DNA of 64,000 bases from an uncultured Methanomicrobiales archaeon (GTDB lineage: Archaea > Halobacteriota > Methanomicrobia > Methanomicrobiales > Methanospirillaceae): contig OY969100.1 of NCBI GenBank assembly GCA_963697895.1, positions 192,001 through 256,000 on the forward strand, read 5' to 3'. The notes beneath the pieces are model-generated. The model saw only the letters and a list, made by a program, of their open reading frames with translations. It was not told the origin of the DNA and did not search any database. Shown here in pieces: positions 9,842-20,276 of this stretch (the stretch's first letter is position 1; the number at the start of each line of letters is the position of its first letter). The translations under genes were made by a program, and so were the position numbers.

Positions 9842-10560
9842 ACATGGAAACGGTCTATTTCGTCGGTGCGGGCCCGGGGGACCCGGACCTGATCACGGTG
9901 AAGGGGCTCTCGCTCCTCACGCAGGCAGACGTCCTCGTCTATGCCGGATCGCTCGTCAACCCGGAGCTCGTGGCAAGATCCCCGGCCGGGGTGAAGCTGA
10001 ACAGCATGGGGATGCAGCTCCCGGAGCTGGTCCGGGTGATGGAGGGGCATGCCCGGGAGGACCGCCGGGTGGTGCGCCTCCATTCCGGGGACCCCTCGCT
10101 GTACGGGGCAATCGTCGAGCAGATTGCCGGCCTCTCCGCACTCGGGGTGCCGGTACGGTGCGTTCCGGGGGTCTCGTCCCTTTTCGGTGCCGCCGCGGCG
10201 TTGCAGACCCAGCTCACCCTCGCGGGGGTCTCCGAGACCCTGATCGTCACGCGGCCGGCGGGGAAGACCCTCGAACACGACCAGATCCGGGAACTCTCCG
10301 GGCTCGGAGCGACCCTCGTCGTCTTCCTCGGCACGGAGCACCTCGGGGAGATCACGGCGAAGCTCGCCTGCCCGCCGGAGACCCCGGCGGCGGTCGTCTA
10401 CCACGCGAGCTGGCCGGACGAGCAGGTCGTCCTCGGGACCGTCGCGGATATCGCGGAGAAGGCCCGGGATGCCGGCATCACCCGTTCGGCCCTCCTGATC
10501 GTCGGCGCCGTGGTCGACCCGCTCCATTCGGGATTCCGGAGGTCGGTTCTCTACTCATGA
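9838..10560 (+). CDS. cbiF: Cobalt-precorrin-4 C11-methyltransferase CbiF
   Basis: VYFVGAGPGDPDLITVKG, YAGSLVN, RLHSGDPSLYGAI, FRRSVLYS; ATGA overlap with cbiL. Confidence 0.92.
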   Translation: MNMETVYFVGAGPGDPDLITVKGLSLLTQADVLVYAGSLVNPELVARSPAGVKLNSMGMQLPELVRVMEGHAREDRRVVRLHSGDPSLYGAIVEQIAGLSALGVPVRCVPGVSSLFGAAAALQTQLTLAGVSETLIVTRPAGKTLEHDQIRELSGLGATLVVFLGTEHLGEITAKLACPPETPAAVVYHASWPDEQVVLGTVADIAEKARDAGITRSALLIVGAVVDPLHSGFRRSVLYS

Positions 10561-11429
10561 CAGGCACGGCGGTCGTCACGTTCCCCCGCACGGGGGGTGA
10601 AGCGGCGCAGATCGCGGAGTACCTCTCCGGGGAGACGGTCCTGTACCGCGAAGGGGTATTCGCAGAGGCCTGGACGGAATACGAAGGGATCGTCGCGCTG
10701 ATGGCGACCGGTATCGTGGTCCGGCAGGTCGCCCCGCTGCTCCGGGACAAATGGAACGATCCCGCGGTCGTCGTCGTCACCCCGGATCTCCGGTACGCGA
10801 TCCCCCTGGTCGGCGGGCACCACGGGGCAAATGAACTCGCCCGCCGGCTCTCCGGCATGGGGATCACCCCGGTGATATCCACCGCAACGGAGGTCCGGGG
10901 ACGCGAGGCGGTGGAACAGGTGGCGGAGCGGACCGGGTGCCGGGTGATCAACCGCGAATCGACCCGGGAGGTCAATGCGGCGGTCCTGGACGGGGACGTG
11001 CCGGTGTACCGTATTCCGGGCCCCGGGATCGTGATCGCCGGCCCGGGGGTCTCGTTTCTCTGCCGGGCGGGGGAGTTTTCTGTGGGCATCGGCTGCAGGA
11101 AGGGGGTCTCCCGGGACGAGGTGATCGGGGCGGTCGGCCGGGCACTCGGCGATGCCGGGATCGCCGCCGGGGAGATCGCGGTCTATGCGACCACCGATAA
11201 GAAGGCCCGCGAACAGGGGCTGATCGACGCCGTAACGGCGCTCTCGGGGAACCTCGTCTTCATCGATCCCGGGGCGATCGGACGTCAGGGGAGCGTGTCT
11301 CCCTCGCGGGCCGCGCTCATCGGGCTGAAAGGAGTGGCGGAGCCCTGCGCGCTCGCCGTATCCCGGAAGGGAGAACTCGTGATGGAAAAGAAGGTGTACG
11401 GGAGGGTGACCGTTGCTATCGCCCGATGA
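10557..11429 (+). CDS. cbiG: Cobalt-precorrin-5A hydrolase CbiG
   Basis: MATGIVVR...DKWNDPAVVV, GGHHGANELA, VGIGCRKG, GVAEPCAL. Confidence 0.92.
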   Translation: MTGTAVVTFPRTGGEAAQIAEYLSGETVLYREGVFAEAWTEYEGIVALMATGIVVRQVAPLLRDKWNDPAVVVVTPDLRYAIPLVGGHHGANELARRLSGMGITPVISTATEVRGREAVEQVAERTGCRVINRESTREVNAAVLDGDVPVYRIPGPGIVIAGPGVSFLCRAGEFSVGIGCRKGVSRDEVIGAVGRALGDAGIAAGEIAVYATTDKKAREQGLIDAVTALSGNLVFIDPGAIGRQGSVSPSRAALIGLKGVAEPCALAVSRKGELVMEKKVYGRVTVAIAR

Positions 11430-12198
11430 TCGCCCGGGAGCCCTCTTCATCGTGGGGATCGGGCCCGGGGACCTCCGGTCCCTGACCGGGCGGGCGTGCG
11501 ATGCGATCGCGGCCTCCGCATATGTCATCGGGAACGATCGGTACCTCCGGTCGATCGAGCCGCTGATCGAAGGGAAAGTGATCATCCGGAGCGGTATGGG
11601 TCAGGAGGTTGCCCGGGCGCGTGAGGCGGTCGATCTCGCCCGGGAGCATGTCGTCTCGATCGTGAGCGGCGGCGATCCCGGGGTGTACGGGATGGCGAGT
11701 ATCGTCCTCGAGGTGATCGAACATTCGGATGCCGATCTCCGGGTGGAGATCGTACCCGGAGTCACGGCGGCGACGGCGGCGGCTGCCCTGGCGGGGTCAC
11801 CCCTCTCGGGAGACTTCGTCGTCATCAGCCTCTCCGACCTCCTCACCCCGTACGAGGAGATCGCCCGGAGGCTCGGATGCGCATTTGCGATGGGGGTGCC
11901 CGTGGTCCTCTATAACCCGAAGAGCCGGGGAAGGCCGCACCACCTCGTCGCCGCATACGCGATCGCCCGCACCCATCTTCCCCCGGGGACCCCGGTCGTG
12001 ATCGTGAGGAACGTATCCCGGGCCGGGGAAGGGGTCTTCGTCACCACCCTCGGGGAGGCGGATGCGGCTGCCGGAGAGGTGGATATGCATACCACGGTCA
12101 TCATCGGGGGAACAGAAAGCAGAATATGGAGGAATAAGGATGAAACAGTCAGAGGGGTCATCACCCCGCGGGGATACCACCGGAAATACGTATATTGA
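11413..12198 (+). CDS. cbiH: Cobalt-precorrin-3B C17-methyltransferase CbiH
   Basis: VGIGPG, VSGGDPGVYGMA, DFVVISLSDLLTP, LYNPKSRGR, TPRGY. Confidence 0.92.
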   Translation: MLSPDDRPGALFIVGIGPGDLRSLTGRACDAIAASAYVIGNDRYLRSIEPLIEGKVIIRSGMGQEVARAREAVDLAREHVVSIVSGGDPGVYGMASIVLEVIEHSDADLRVEIVPGVTAATAAAALAGSPLSGDFVVISLSDLLTPYEEIARRLGCAFAMGVPVVLYNPKSRGRPHHLVAAYAIARTHLPPGTPVVIVRNVSRAGEGVFVTTLGEADAAAGEVDMHTTVIIGGTESRIWRNKDETVRGVITPRGYHRKYVY

Positions 12199-12835
12199 TC
12201 TCGGGGCGGTCACCCCGGAGGCGTACGAGATCTCGGCGGCGAGCCGGAGGCTTGCCCGGAAGGAGATCGGCGACCGGGATTTCGAGGACCGGGTCCGCCA
12301 GCGCTGCGCGGTCGCGGTCGGCGATTTCTCTCTCGCCGATCTCATCCGGTTCCGGGGCGACCCGGTCGCTGCCGCGCTCCGGGCACTCGGCCGCGGGGCA
12401 CCGGTGATCGCCGATATCCGGATGGTGCAGGTGGGGATACAGAAGAAGGGTCACCGGAGCGAGATACGCTGTGCGCTCGATTACGGGAGCGATATTGCCA
12501 CGGAACGGGGGATTACGCGGTCATCCGCGGGTTTTCTCGCGCTGCAGGACGAACTGCCGGGAGCGATCGTCGTCGTCGGCAATGCGCCGACGGCTCTCCT
12601 GACGGTCTGTGCGCTGGTATCTGCCGGGCAGCGCCCGGCCGTGATCATCGGCACCCCGGTCGGGTTCGTCCGTGCGGCGGAGTCGAAGGAGCTCCTCCGC
12701 ACCCTCGATATCCCCTCCGTTTCCACCGAGGGGACCCGGGGCGGGACCCCGGTCGCGGTCGCGGCGATGAACGAGTGCATCACGATCCACGCGGAACAGG
12801 CAGGAGGAGATGGAGGATCCGGTCACCGGGTTTGA
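12140..12835 (+). CDS. cbiC: Cobalt-precorrin-8 methylmutase CbiC
   Basis: GITRSSAG, VGNAPTALL, IGTPVGFVRAAESKE, GTRGGTPVAVA. Confidence 0.92.
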   Translation: MKQSEGSSPRGDTTGNTYIDLGAVTPEAYEISAASRRLARKEIGDRDFEDRVRQRCAVAVGDFSLADLIRFRGDPVAAALRALGRGAPVIADIRMVQVGIQKKGHRSEIRCALDYGSDIATERGITRSSAGFLALQDELPGAIVVVGNAPTALLTVCALVSAGQRPAVIIGTPVGFVRAAESKELLRTLDIPSVSTEGTRGGTPVAVAAMNECITIHAEQAGGDGGSGHRV

Positions 12836-13814
12836 GTACCCGGAGCGCTGGGTGCAGGCCTGCACCACCCCCGCACTGCTCGGGGATGTCGCGCGGGGGC
12901 TCGCGGTACTCACCGCGTCCGGGACCGTGCTCCGGAGAGGGTTCACCACCGGGACGACCGCAGCGGCGGCATGCAAGGCGGCGGTCCTCTCGCTTGGCGG
13001 GACGGCGTACGACTGGGTACCGGTCACGATCCCGGCAGGTCTCACCGTTGATGTGCCGGTATCCGCACGGGAGGGAACGGCTGTCGCCTCGAAATTCGCC
13101 GGGGGCTACCCCGGAGACCTCACCGCCGGGCTCTGTTTTCAGGCCATGGCCCGGCCGGCCGAAGAGATCCGCGTCATCCCGGGGGAGGGGATCGGCCGGT
13201 TCTCCCGGGGCACGCCGCGGTTCAGGAAGGGAGATCCGGCGATCAGTCCTCCCGCACGGGACTGCATCGGGAGATCCGTCCGGGAAGCATGCGACGCATG
13301 CGGCCTTCGCGGCGCAGAGATTACTCTTGTGGTCCCCGGCGGCGCGGAGGTGGGTAGGATGACCCTCAATCCCCGGGTGGGAGTCGTTGGCGGGATCTCG
13401 ATCCTCGGCACGACCGGGCTCGTCGAACCCTGGGACGACCACCTCGGGGAATCGGTCCGGGAACGGGTCGCTTCCGCACCCCGTGTCGTCCTCACCACCG
13501 GGCGGACGGGCCTCCGCTTCGCCCGCCTCCTCTTTCCGGACCACGAACCGATCCTCGCCGGTGCACGCCTGGAAGAGGCGCTCGGTGTCGCCCGGGGGGA
13601 TGTGATCCTCTGCGGTCTTCCCGGGCTTATCCTCCGGTTCTGCGACCCGGAGATCCTTTCCGGGACCGGATGTGTCACGGTCGAGGAGCTCGTCCCGGAC
13701 CCGGTCTTCCCGGAACGGTTCGATCGGGCGGTGATCTCCCTCCACAAAAGATATCCCGGGATCCGGATCGTCTGCGTGGACCGGAGCGGCCGGGTCATCG
13801 GTGATAGCGGATGA
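12810..13814 (+). CDS. cbiD: Cobalt-precorrin-5B C1-methyltransferase CbiD
   Basis: LRRGFTTGTTAAAACKAA, TLNPRVGVVGGISILGTTGLVEP. Confidence 0.93.
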   Translation: MEDPVTGFEYPERWVQACTTPALLGDVARGLAVLTASGTVLRRGFTTGTTAAAACKAAVLSLGGTAYDWVPVTIPAGLTVDVPVSAREGTAVASKFAGGYPGDLTAGLCFQAMARPAEEIRVIPGEGIGRFSRGTPRFRKGDPAISPPARDCIGRSVREACDACGLRGAEITLVVPGGAEVGRMTLNPRVGVVGGISILGTTGLVEPWDDHLGESVRERVASAPRVVLTTGRTGLRFARLLFPDHEPILAGARLEEALGVARGDVILCGLPGLILRFCDPEILSGTGCVTVEELVPDPVFPERFDRAVISLHKRYPGIRIVCVDRSGRVIGDSG

Positions 13815-14389
13815 AGGTCGTCGGGGTGGGCTGCGGACCGGGAATGCTCACCGAGGAGGCGATCCGGGCGATCTCCGCGGCACGGGAGATCTACGGGTCG
13901 CGGCGGGCGATCGTCCTCGCCGGACGGTACATCTCTTCCTCGTCGGCGGTGCATGAACTCGCAGACTTCCGGCACCTCCGCGACCTCCCGGACGATGCGG
14001 TCCTCCTCTCCACGGGTGACCCGATGCTCGCCGGTCTCGGGGGTTCGGGGGATCTCGTGATCCCCGGCATCTCTTCCCTGCAGGTCGCCGCTTCCCGGTT
14101 GCAGATCCCGCTCGCCCGGATCTCGGTCGTTTCGGCGCATGGAAAGGACCATGCGGATGCGATCTGTGCAACGATCGGGGAGCTCTCGCGGGGGCGTGCG
14201 GTCTTCCTTCTCGCAGACCCGGCGTTCGATCTCCGGCTTGCCGCAGCAGCGGTTGCGGCCCGGCGAACGGACACCCGGATCGCCGTCTGTGAACGTCTGG
14301 GATATCCGGACGAACGGGTCTGCGTCGGAACCGCGGCCGCGCCGCCGGAGGTCTGCTCCGATCTCTTCGCGATCCTGATCTGGGAGTGA
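13811..14389 (+). CDS. cbiE: Cobalt-precorrin-7 C5-methyltransferase CbiE
   Basis: MKVVGVGCGPG, LSTGDPMLAGLG, PGISSLQ, ERLGYPDERV. Confidence 0.9.
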   Translation: MKVVGVGCGPGMLTEEAIRAISAAREIYGSRRAIVLAGRYISSSSAVHELADFRHLRDLPDDAVLLSTGDPMLAGLGGSGDLVIPGISSLQVAASRLQIPLARISVVSAHGKDHADAICATIGELSRGRAVFLLADPAFDLRLAAAAVAARRTDTRIAVCERLGYPDERVCVGTAAAPPEVCSDLFAILIWE

Positions 14390-14829
14390 CGGACTCCCCC
14401 TTTCCTGTCCGCCGCCGACCAACTTACCTGATCAGAATGACAATCACGGCCGCTTCTCCGTGTTGTGTCTCACGAACTCCTGTTTTCCCGATATAAACCG
14501 TGAGATGAGGCGGGTTTCATCATTCAGAGAGTCCGGGACATGCCGGCCGGGGGAACAACAACCTGCCTGTCGGGAAGAAGAGATAAAACAAAATGATCGA
14601 TGCATTCGAACGTATTGGACAGATGCTTCATAGCCCGGGCTGAAAAAGAATTGGAGCCTCCGGGGAGTCCGCCCGGAGGTTACTGTTATCCCCCCTCCAC
14701 CAATGTGGATTACGAGAGACCTTGCAGCCTGATCATATGAATGTTTCTATCACCCTGAAACGGGAGGCCGTGGGGGGGGGAGAGGGAATGTACCAGGGAC
14801 CCGGCATAGTGACCTGAATACGGGTCCGA

Positions 14830-15260
14830 TGGGGGGCGATCGTCAGGTTTCCTGCCATTCCGGGCTCGGATTTCCACCGGGTCGGATCAGGCGTTCAGGA
14901 GGAGGGAGGATCAGCATGATCAGCATTACCACGATCGCAAAAGATCGATAGGAGGGACAATCGCCCGGGTTCCTTCCACCAGGTCGGATCAGTCATTCAG
15001 GAAGGCAGGGGAGGAATACCCGCATTATCGGCTCACGGCGAACGATCATAGAGGGGATAATCGTCCGGGTTCCTTCCACAAGGTCGGATCAGTCATTTGG
15101 GAAGGCAGGGGAGGAATACCCGCATTATCGGCTCACGGCGAACGATCATAGAGGGGACAATCGTCCGGGTTCCCGTCATCGCGGGCGGTTTTCCACCGGG
15201 TCAGATCAGGCAAGGAGGTAGGGGAGGAGGATCAGCATGATCAGCATCACCACGATCACC
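14830..15260 (-). repeat. Degenerate ~100-bp tandem array derived from the 3' end of the site-2 protease gene
   Basis: TTCCACM.GGTC.GATCAG recurs at ~14872, 14974, 15074 and 15191; the 14872 copy retains GAGGATCAGCATGATCAGCAT of the coding end. Confidence 0.88.
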
Positions 15261-16495
15261 GAGGAGACGGCGGAGACGACGACCGGGACATACTTTGCCA
15301 GCCCCCGGCGAACGAGCAGCCGGTTCACCCCTTCCTTCATGATATATCCCCCGTCCAGCGGGATCATCGGTATCGCGTTGAAGATCCCGACATTGAGGTT
15401 GATCCAGCCGGACCAGAAGAGGATATGGATGACGCTCCAGAAGAGGGGAAACGGAATGCTGTAGAAAGCGGTCGCCGGGGTGTCTACCGCAAGGAGGCGA
15501 AGGGACTGACCGGCGACGCTCATATCGAAGGGGATGGTGATCAGCCGGAGGAACCCGACGATGGAGAGGCTGTTCGCCACCTCGGCGGAGACCAGCTGAC
15601 CGCTGAAGTAGTATACCCCCATGAACCCGGTGGTGCGGTTTCCGATCTCCTCCGGCCAGGGGGAGAGCGTCAGCGCATAGGTATCGGGGACCCCGCTGGT
15701 TTCGGCCGCGAGGGTGATGTTCTGACCGGGCACGGTCGTGTTGAGGAACGCGGCGACCTGGTCCGGGGTCTGCACCGCGGTCCCGTTCATCGCCGTGATG
15801 ACCGACCAGGGCGGGACCCCCGCCTCGGCGGCGGAATAGTTCGCGTAGACTCCCTGGATCACGGGGGCGTCGGTCGGCACTGCCGCCCCGAAGAGGAGGA
15901 TCATCGCGGTGAAGCAGATCACGCCGAGGACGATGTTGTTCGTAATCCCGGCCCCGAACATCCGGACTTTCGGCGCCGGTTTTGCCTGCTCGAGATCCTC
16001 CTCGTCCGGTTCGACAAAGAACCCGATAGGGATCACCGCGATGATAATCCCTATCGCCCGCACCCGGATCCCCTCTATCCGGGAGAGCACCCCGTGCCCG
16101 AGCTCGTGGACCGCAATGGTAAGGATAAAGGCAAACCAGACTGCAAAGGTGGACGGGACGTACTGGTTGATCCCGGGGATGAGCAGGATGTTCTGGGGTT
16201 CATAGATCCCCGTCGGGGGCGGGTGCACGGCGAGCGTGTACTGGAGCGAAAAGAAGAGGAGCACGGTGATGGAGACCGAGATCACGGCGACCATGATCAC
16301 GCCGAACGTGGCGTATATCCGGAGGAACGGGCCGAGGCGGTCGAACGCGTCCAGGAATCCTACGGTTTTGCTCCTGATCGCCATAATCGGACCGTAAAAC
16401 CCGATATGGTCGGGGAGTATCTTCTTCCGCCAGATGAAGAGGGCGATGATCGCATACGCGAGGATAAAAAGAATGACGATCAGGAGCCAGTTCAT
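15206..16495 (-). CDS. Site-2 protease (M50 intramembrane metalloprotease) with PDZ domain
   Basis: HELGH zinc motif, GAGITNN, NAIPMIPLDGG, several TM segments. Confidence 0.92.
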   Translation of the reverse strand: MNWLLIVILFILAYAIIALFIWRKKILPDHIGFYGPIMAIRSKTVGFLDAFDRLGPFLRIYATFGVIMVAVISVSITVLLFFSLQYTLAVHPPPTGIYEPQNILLIPGINQYVPSTFAVWFAFILTIAVHELGHGVLSRIEGIRVRAIGIIIAVIPIGFFVEPDEEDLEQAKPAPKVRMFGAGITNNIVLGVICFTAMILLFGAAVPTDAPVIQGVYANYSAAEAGVPPWSVITAMNGTAVQTPDQVAAFLNTTVPGQNITLAAETSGVPDTYALTLSPWPEEIGNRTTGFMGVYYFSGQLVSAEVANSLSIVGFLRLITIPFDMSVAGQSLRLLAVDTPATAFYSIPFPLFWSVIHILFWSGWINLNVGIFNAIPMIPLDGGYIMKEGVNRLLVRRGLAKYVPVVVSAVSSVIVVMLIMLILLPYLLA

Positions 16496-16560
16496 TTCTA
16501 ACAGGTTATCGTTCCGAACCCATAAAACACATCGACGTTAACCCGAAGGAGGACGGTTTT

Positions 16561-17205
16561 TCAGGGTTCGAAATCGAAGATGCTCGTCTGTTCCAGCCGT
16601 TCGCGGAGGGCCCGGACGGTCTCCCAGCTCCACCGGGCGCAGAGGGGGGGCCGTCCCCGGGAGCGCATCTCTCCTTCCAGGAACGCGATCGTCACGTCAT
16701 CCGACGGGTACCCGCTCCCGACCGGACCGTACTGCTCCGCAAGCCGGGCGACCTCCCGGTCACGGGTGACTTTTGCCACGATGCTCGCCGCCATCACCAC
16801 CGGATAGGTCTCGTCCGCATGGTGCCGTGCCACCACCCGGCAGGGGAAACCGAGCCTCCCCCTGACCTGCCTCCCGTGACGCGGGGCAACAACGTCGCAG
16901 GCATCGACGTAGGCGACCGACGGGCGGATCCCCGCGATCACCCGTGCGTGTGCATCCACGAGGAGGACGTTCATCGTCATCCTCCTCCTCCGCTCGTCGA
17001 TCTCCCCGGGAGGGATGACGAGGACGGTGCTCGGGAATCTCGCGGTGATCTCCTCGTAGAGGAGCTCCCGCCGGGGGGGCGCCAGCTGCTTCGAGTCCTT
17101 CAGCCCGAGCGGGAGCAGCTCGCCCGGGTCTCCGCAGCCGACGGCGGCAACGACCATCGGGCCGAGGACCGCTCCCTTTCCGGCCTCGTCCACACCGCAG
17201 AACAC
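16561..17205 (-). CDS. rnhB: Ribonuclease HII
   Basis: GVDEAGKGAVLGPMVV, LKDSK, AASIVAKVTRD, GSGYPSD, C-terminal PIP box QTSIFDF. Confidence 0.95.
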   Translation of the reverse strand: MFCGVDEAGKGAVLGPMVVAAVGCGDPGELLPLGLKDSKQLAPPRRELLYEEITARFPSTVLVIPPGEIDERRRRMTMNVLLVDAHARVIAGIRPSVAYVDACDVVAPRHGRQVRGRLGFPCRVVARHHADETYPVVMAASIVAKVTRDREVARLAEQYGPVGSGYPSDDVTIAFLEGEMRSRGRPPLCARWSWETVRALRERLEQTSIFDFEP

Positions 17206-17226
17206 ACCATTCCGGTTTGATCTGCA

Positions 17227-17644
17227 GATATTTCAAGGATGGTACCGGGACAGTGCCGGGGATATTTCAAGGATGGTACCGGGACAGCGCCGGGGATATT
17301 TCAAGGATGGTACCGGGACAGCGCCGGGGATATTTCAAGGATGGTACCGGGACAGCGCCCGGGGATATTTCAAGGATGGTACCGGGACAGCGCCCGGGGA
17401 TATTTCAAGGATGGTACCGGGACAGCGCCCGGGGATATTTCAAGGATGGTACCGGGACAGCGCCCGGGGATATTTCAAGGATGGTACCGGGACAGCGCCC
17501 GGGGATATTTCAAGGACGGTACCGGGACAGTGCCGGGGATATTTCAAGAAGGGTACCGGGACAGCGCCCGGGGATATTTCAAGAAGGGTACCGGGACAGC
17601 GCCCGGGGATATTTCAAGGATGGTACCGGGACAGTGCCGGGGAT
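17227..17644. repeat. Tandem repeat (VNTR), 12 copies of 34-35 bp
   Basis: Unit GATATTTCAAGGATGGTACCGGGACAGCGCC(C)GGG, near-identical copies, no spacers. Confidence 0.97.
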
Positions 17645-17709
17645 GTGCCGAAAAAAAGGAGCGAAAAGAACGGGTTCCCGGTTTTTTTTTTGCAGCCGGT
17701 CCCCGCAAC

Positions 17710-18906
17710 CTATTTGATTTTGCCCATCAGTTTTGCGAGTTCGACGAGGAGAGAGGGGTTATGCCGGATCAGTTCCTTGATCAGGTTGAACGTGGAGAAC
17801 TCCTGCAGGTTGATCCGGGAGATCGAATGGGCGAGCGCGTTCAGCTTCTCGTCCGAGAGGCCGATGAAGTACTCCTTGATGTGCCAGTTCCGCGCGATCG
17901 TCTTTCCCATGGGGGACACCCGCCACCGGGCATCGTAGGGCAGGAGCCCTTCACACGAACATTCATCGTTCGCTATCGCTTCGCACGCGACCTCTGCCGC
18001 GAGCCTTCCCGTGAACATCGCATTATAGATCCCGCCGCCGGTGATCGGGTCGACCACGCGGGCCGCATCCCCGACGATCATGAGCCCGTCGCCGACCGTG
18101 CAGGGGAGCGGACGGCAGACCGAAACGCCGCCGACGATGCATTCGATCGTCTTTCCTTCCGGGAAATGCGCCTGCACGAACCGGTCCAGGTAGTCCTTTG
18201 CCCGGTGGCCGGTCCCGCTCTTCCTCCCGGAGATCCCGATCCCGACGTTCGCGGTCCGGTCTCCCTTCGGGAAGACCCAGACATATCCCTCGGGCGCGAT
18301 ATGGTTACCGAGATAAAACACCGTCGTGTGCGGGTCGATATCGATATCCGTCATGAGATACTGTGCCGAACTCATGATCTCCCTGATCGGGACCGTCGTA
18401 TCGAATCCCGACCAGCGGGCGAACTTGGACTCCACCCCGTCCGCCGCGATCACGACATCGGCATCGACCCGGGAACTGGTCCCGCAACAGTCGAGAAAGG
18501 CGCCTTTCACCGCTCCGTTCTCGATCACCGGGCAGGTTGCACGGGTCTTCACCGCGATGTCGGAGCCCATCTCCGCCGCCTGCCAGACGAGCTCCCGGTC
18601 GAAGACCTTCCGGTCGAGGATATAGCCTACCTTGCCGCCGGCATGCCGGGACTCGAGGATCATGGACGTGCCGTCGGGCGAGACGAGCTCCGCCCGTTTC
18701 ATATCCGCGGAGATCCAGCGCGGGTCAGGGTCGATGAACTCGGCGAGCGCCTCCTTCCCGATCCCTTCCGCACACCGGACCGGGGTGCCTATCGCGGCCC
18801 GCTTCTCCACGAGGCAGACGGAGAGCCCCTTCTCTGCCGCGGTGCGTGCCGCGATCGCCCCGCCCGGGCCTCCCCCGATGACGAGCACATCATACCGATC
18901 CTTCAT
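17710..18906 (-). CDS. Digeranylgeranylglycerophospholipid reductase (geranylgeranyl reductase family)
   Basis: GGGPGG Rossmann motif, [33 protein letters not shown]. Confidence 0.92.
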   Translation of the reverse strand: MKDRYDVLVIGGGPGGAIAARTAAEKGLSVCLVEKRAAIGTPVRCAEGIGKEALAEFIDPDPRWISADMKRAELVSPDGTSMILESRHAGGKVGYILDRKVFDRELVWQAAEMGSDIAVKTRATCPVIENGAVKGAFLDCCGTSSRVDADVVIAADGVESKFARWSGFDTTVPIREIMSSAQYLMTDIDIDPHTTVFYLGNHIAPEGYVWVFPKGDRTANVGIGISGRKSGTGHRAKDYLDRFVQAHFPEGKTIECIVGGVSVCRPLPCTVGDGLMIVGDAARVVDPITGGGIYNAMFTGRLAAEVACEAIANDECSCEGLLPYDARWRVSPMGKTIARNWHIKEYFIGLSDEKLNALAHSISRINLQEFSTFNLIKELIRHNPSLLVELAKLMGKIK

Positions 18907-19072
18907 GCACAACCTCCAGCGCCCCGAGGGGGCAGACCTTTGCACAGATGCCACAGCTGGTGCAGTTTTCCTCCACCTCCAGGTAGGCGTCGATCAGCTC
19001 GAGCGCCCCTTCCGGACAGACCGACACGCAGCACCCGCAGTAGCCACAGATATCCCGGTGAACCCGTAACAT
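18890..19072 (-). CDS. 2x[4Fe-4S] ferredoxin
   Basis: [12 protein letters not shown] and [12 protein letters not shown]; overlaps the reductase start. Confidence 0.93.
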   Translation of the reverse strand: MLRVHRDICGYCGCCVSVCPEGALELIDAYLEVEENCTSCGICAKVCPLGALEVVHEGSV

Positions 19073-19155
19073 TCCTGATCCTGTTGGAGAGGTATTCCCA
19101 TAATCCTTTCTTTGGTTCCCACCGGCCCCGGGAAGGGAATTCCCGGATGTCCGGT

Positions 19156-20275
19156 TCAGAAAAAAGAGAACGAGCCGTACCGCCCTCCGCCGCCGGGGGA
19201 GAGCGCCACCCGCCCGTCCCGGAGGGATGCGATCGCCCCGCCCGCCTCCGGGTCGCAGGCGATAATCTCGTCCAGGGGGGCTTCGGTGAGGACCGCGATC
19301 TCGTTCCCGAACCGGGCAATCAGACGGTCGTACCGGACCCGGACGCGCTTCGCCCCGGGGGAGGAAACCCCGGAGACGCGTGCGACGATCTCTGCGAGGG
19401 GGATCACGCGGATATACGGCGGACGGGAACCCGGGTCCCCGGCAGAGAGCTCCCGGGCCCTATCGGCGACCCCTTTTTTGATGAGCCCGCGATCCGCCGG
19501 GCAGCGCCACCCGAGGCTTGCCGCTTCCTCGTGCGAGTACTGCCGGAAACACCGCACGCAGGCCGTGCGGTTGTATTTCCCCTCTTCGGGGAAGAGACCG
19601 GCATTCATCAGGATTCGGCCGGCGCGGATGCTCTCCAGCACGCCCGCCGGCGTCCTCCGGTCGACCGCGATCCGCGTCCATTCCCGCCCCAGCCGGAAGG
19701 GTTCCGGGCTGTGTGCGTCCGAGTTCGAAAGGAAAGGGACCCCGGAGAGCCCGGGGATGCCGGCACCATAGACTGCTGTCGGCAGAGAGGCCGAGCTCGA
19801 GGAAGTCGATCGGTTCATCCCCGTAAGAGCCGGCGACGTGGTCGAACGCCGCATAGAGGGAGGTCCAGGGGGTGAACGCATGGGCCGGCCCGATAAGTCC
19901 CCCGCATGCATGCGCAGCGGCCGCAATCTCCCTGCCGGAAAGCCGCACCCGCGGCCGCCCTCCGGTCCCGATGTCGCGGCTTGCCGGTGCAAGGATCCGG
20001 GCGAGGTCCGCGAATCCGGGAAAGTCGCTCATCAGGATCAGGTGATGGACCCGGTCGCGGTCCTCCACTTCTGCCGAAGGAACGATGAGGATGCCGGCAT
20101 CGTTATCGAGGAACGGTTCCCAAACCTCCCGCCAGGCGGCAAGGAGTGCATCGCCGCTCCCGAGAACAGAGAGCCCCTTACTCGTGCAGGCAGCGATCAG
20201 GTTCTCCGGCCGCATCGACCGGGATGAACCGATGGAAAACGGGGAGTGGATATGGAGATCGGCATCTGCATACAT
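19156..20275 (-). CDS. EndoQ-like PHP-domain endonuclease (one-base frameshift at ~19771)
   Basis: ADLHIHSPFS, GPAHAFTPW, ELGLSAD then NSDAHS, LGRE, EGKYNRTACxxC, CP..G.IKKGV, PGGGGRYG in the next frame. Confidence 0.85.
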
Positions 20276-20276
20276 T

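Noticed and set aside
8671-10560. Genuine 629-aa CbiT-CbiF fusion
   Set aside because: The middle third is an Arg/Pro/Gly-rich alternative frame of intact cbiL and depends on the G9 run length.
14424-14510. Minus-strand LTVYIGKTG resembling a GIY-YIG motif
   Set aside because: Preceded by a stop, no start codon and no further motifs; probably chance.
17227-17644. CRISPR array or repeat-protein ORFs (166, 221 and 878 aa) across the 34/35-bp repeat
   Set aside because: No spacers and no cas genes in the window; unit length is not a multiple of three, so the ORFs just cycle through frames of a stop-free repeat.
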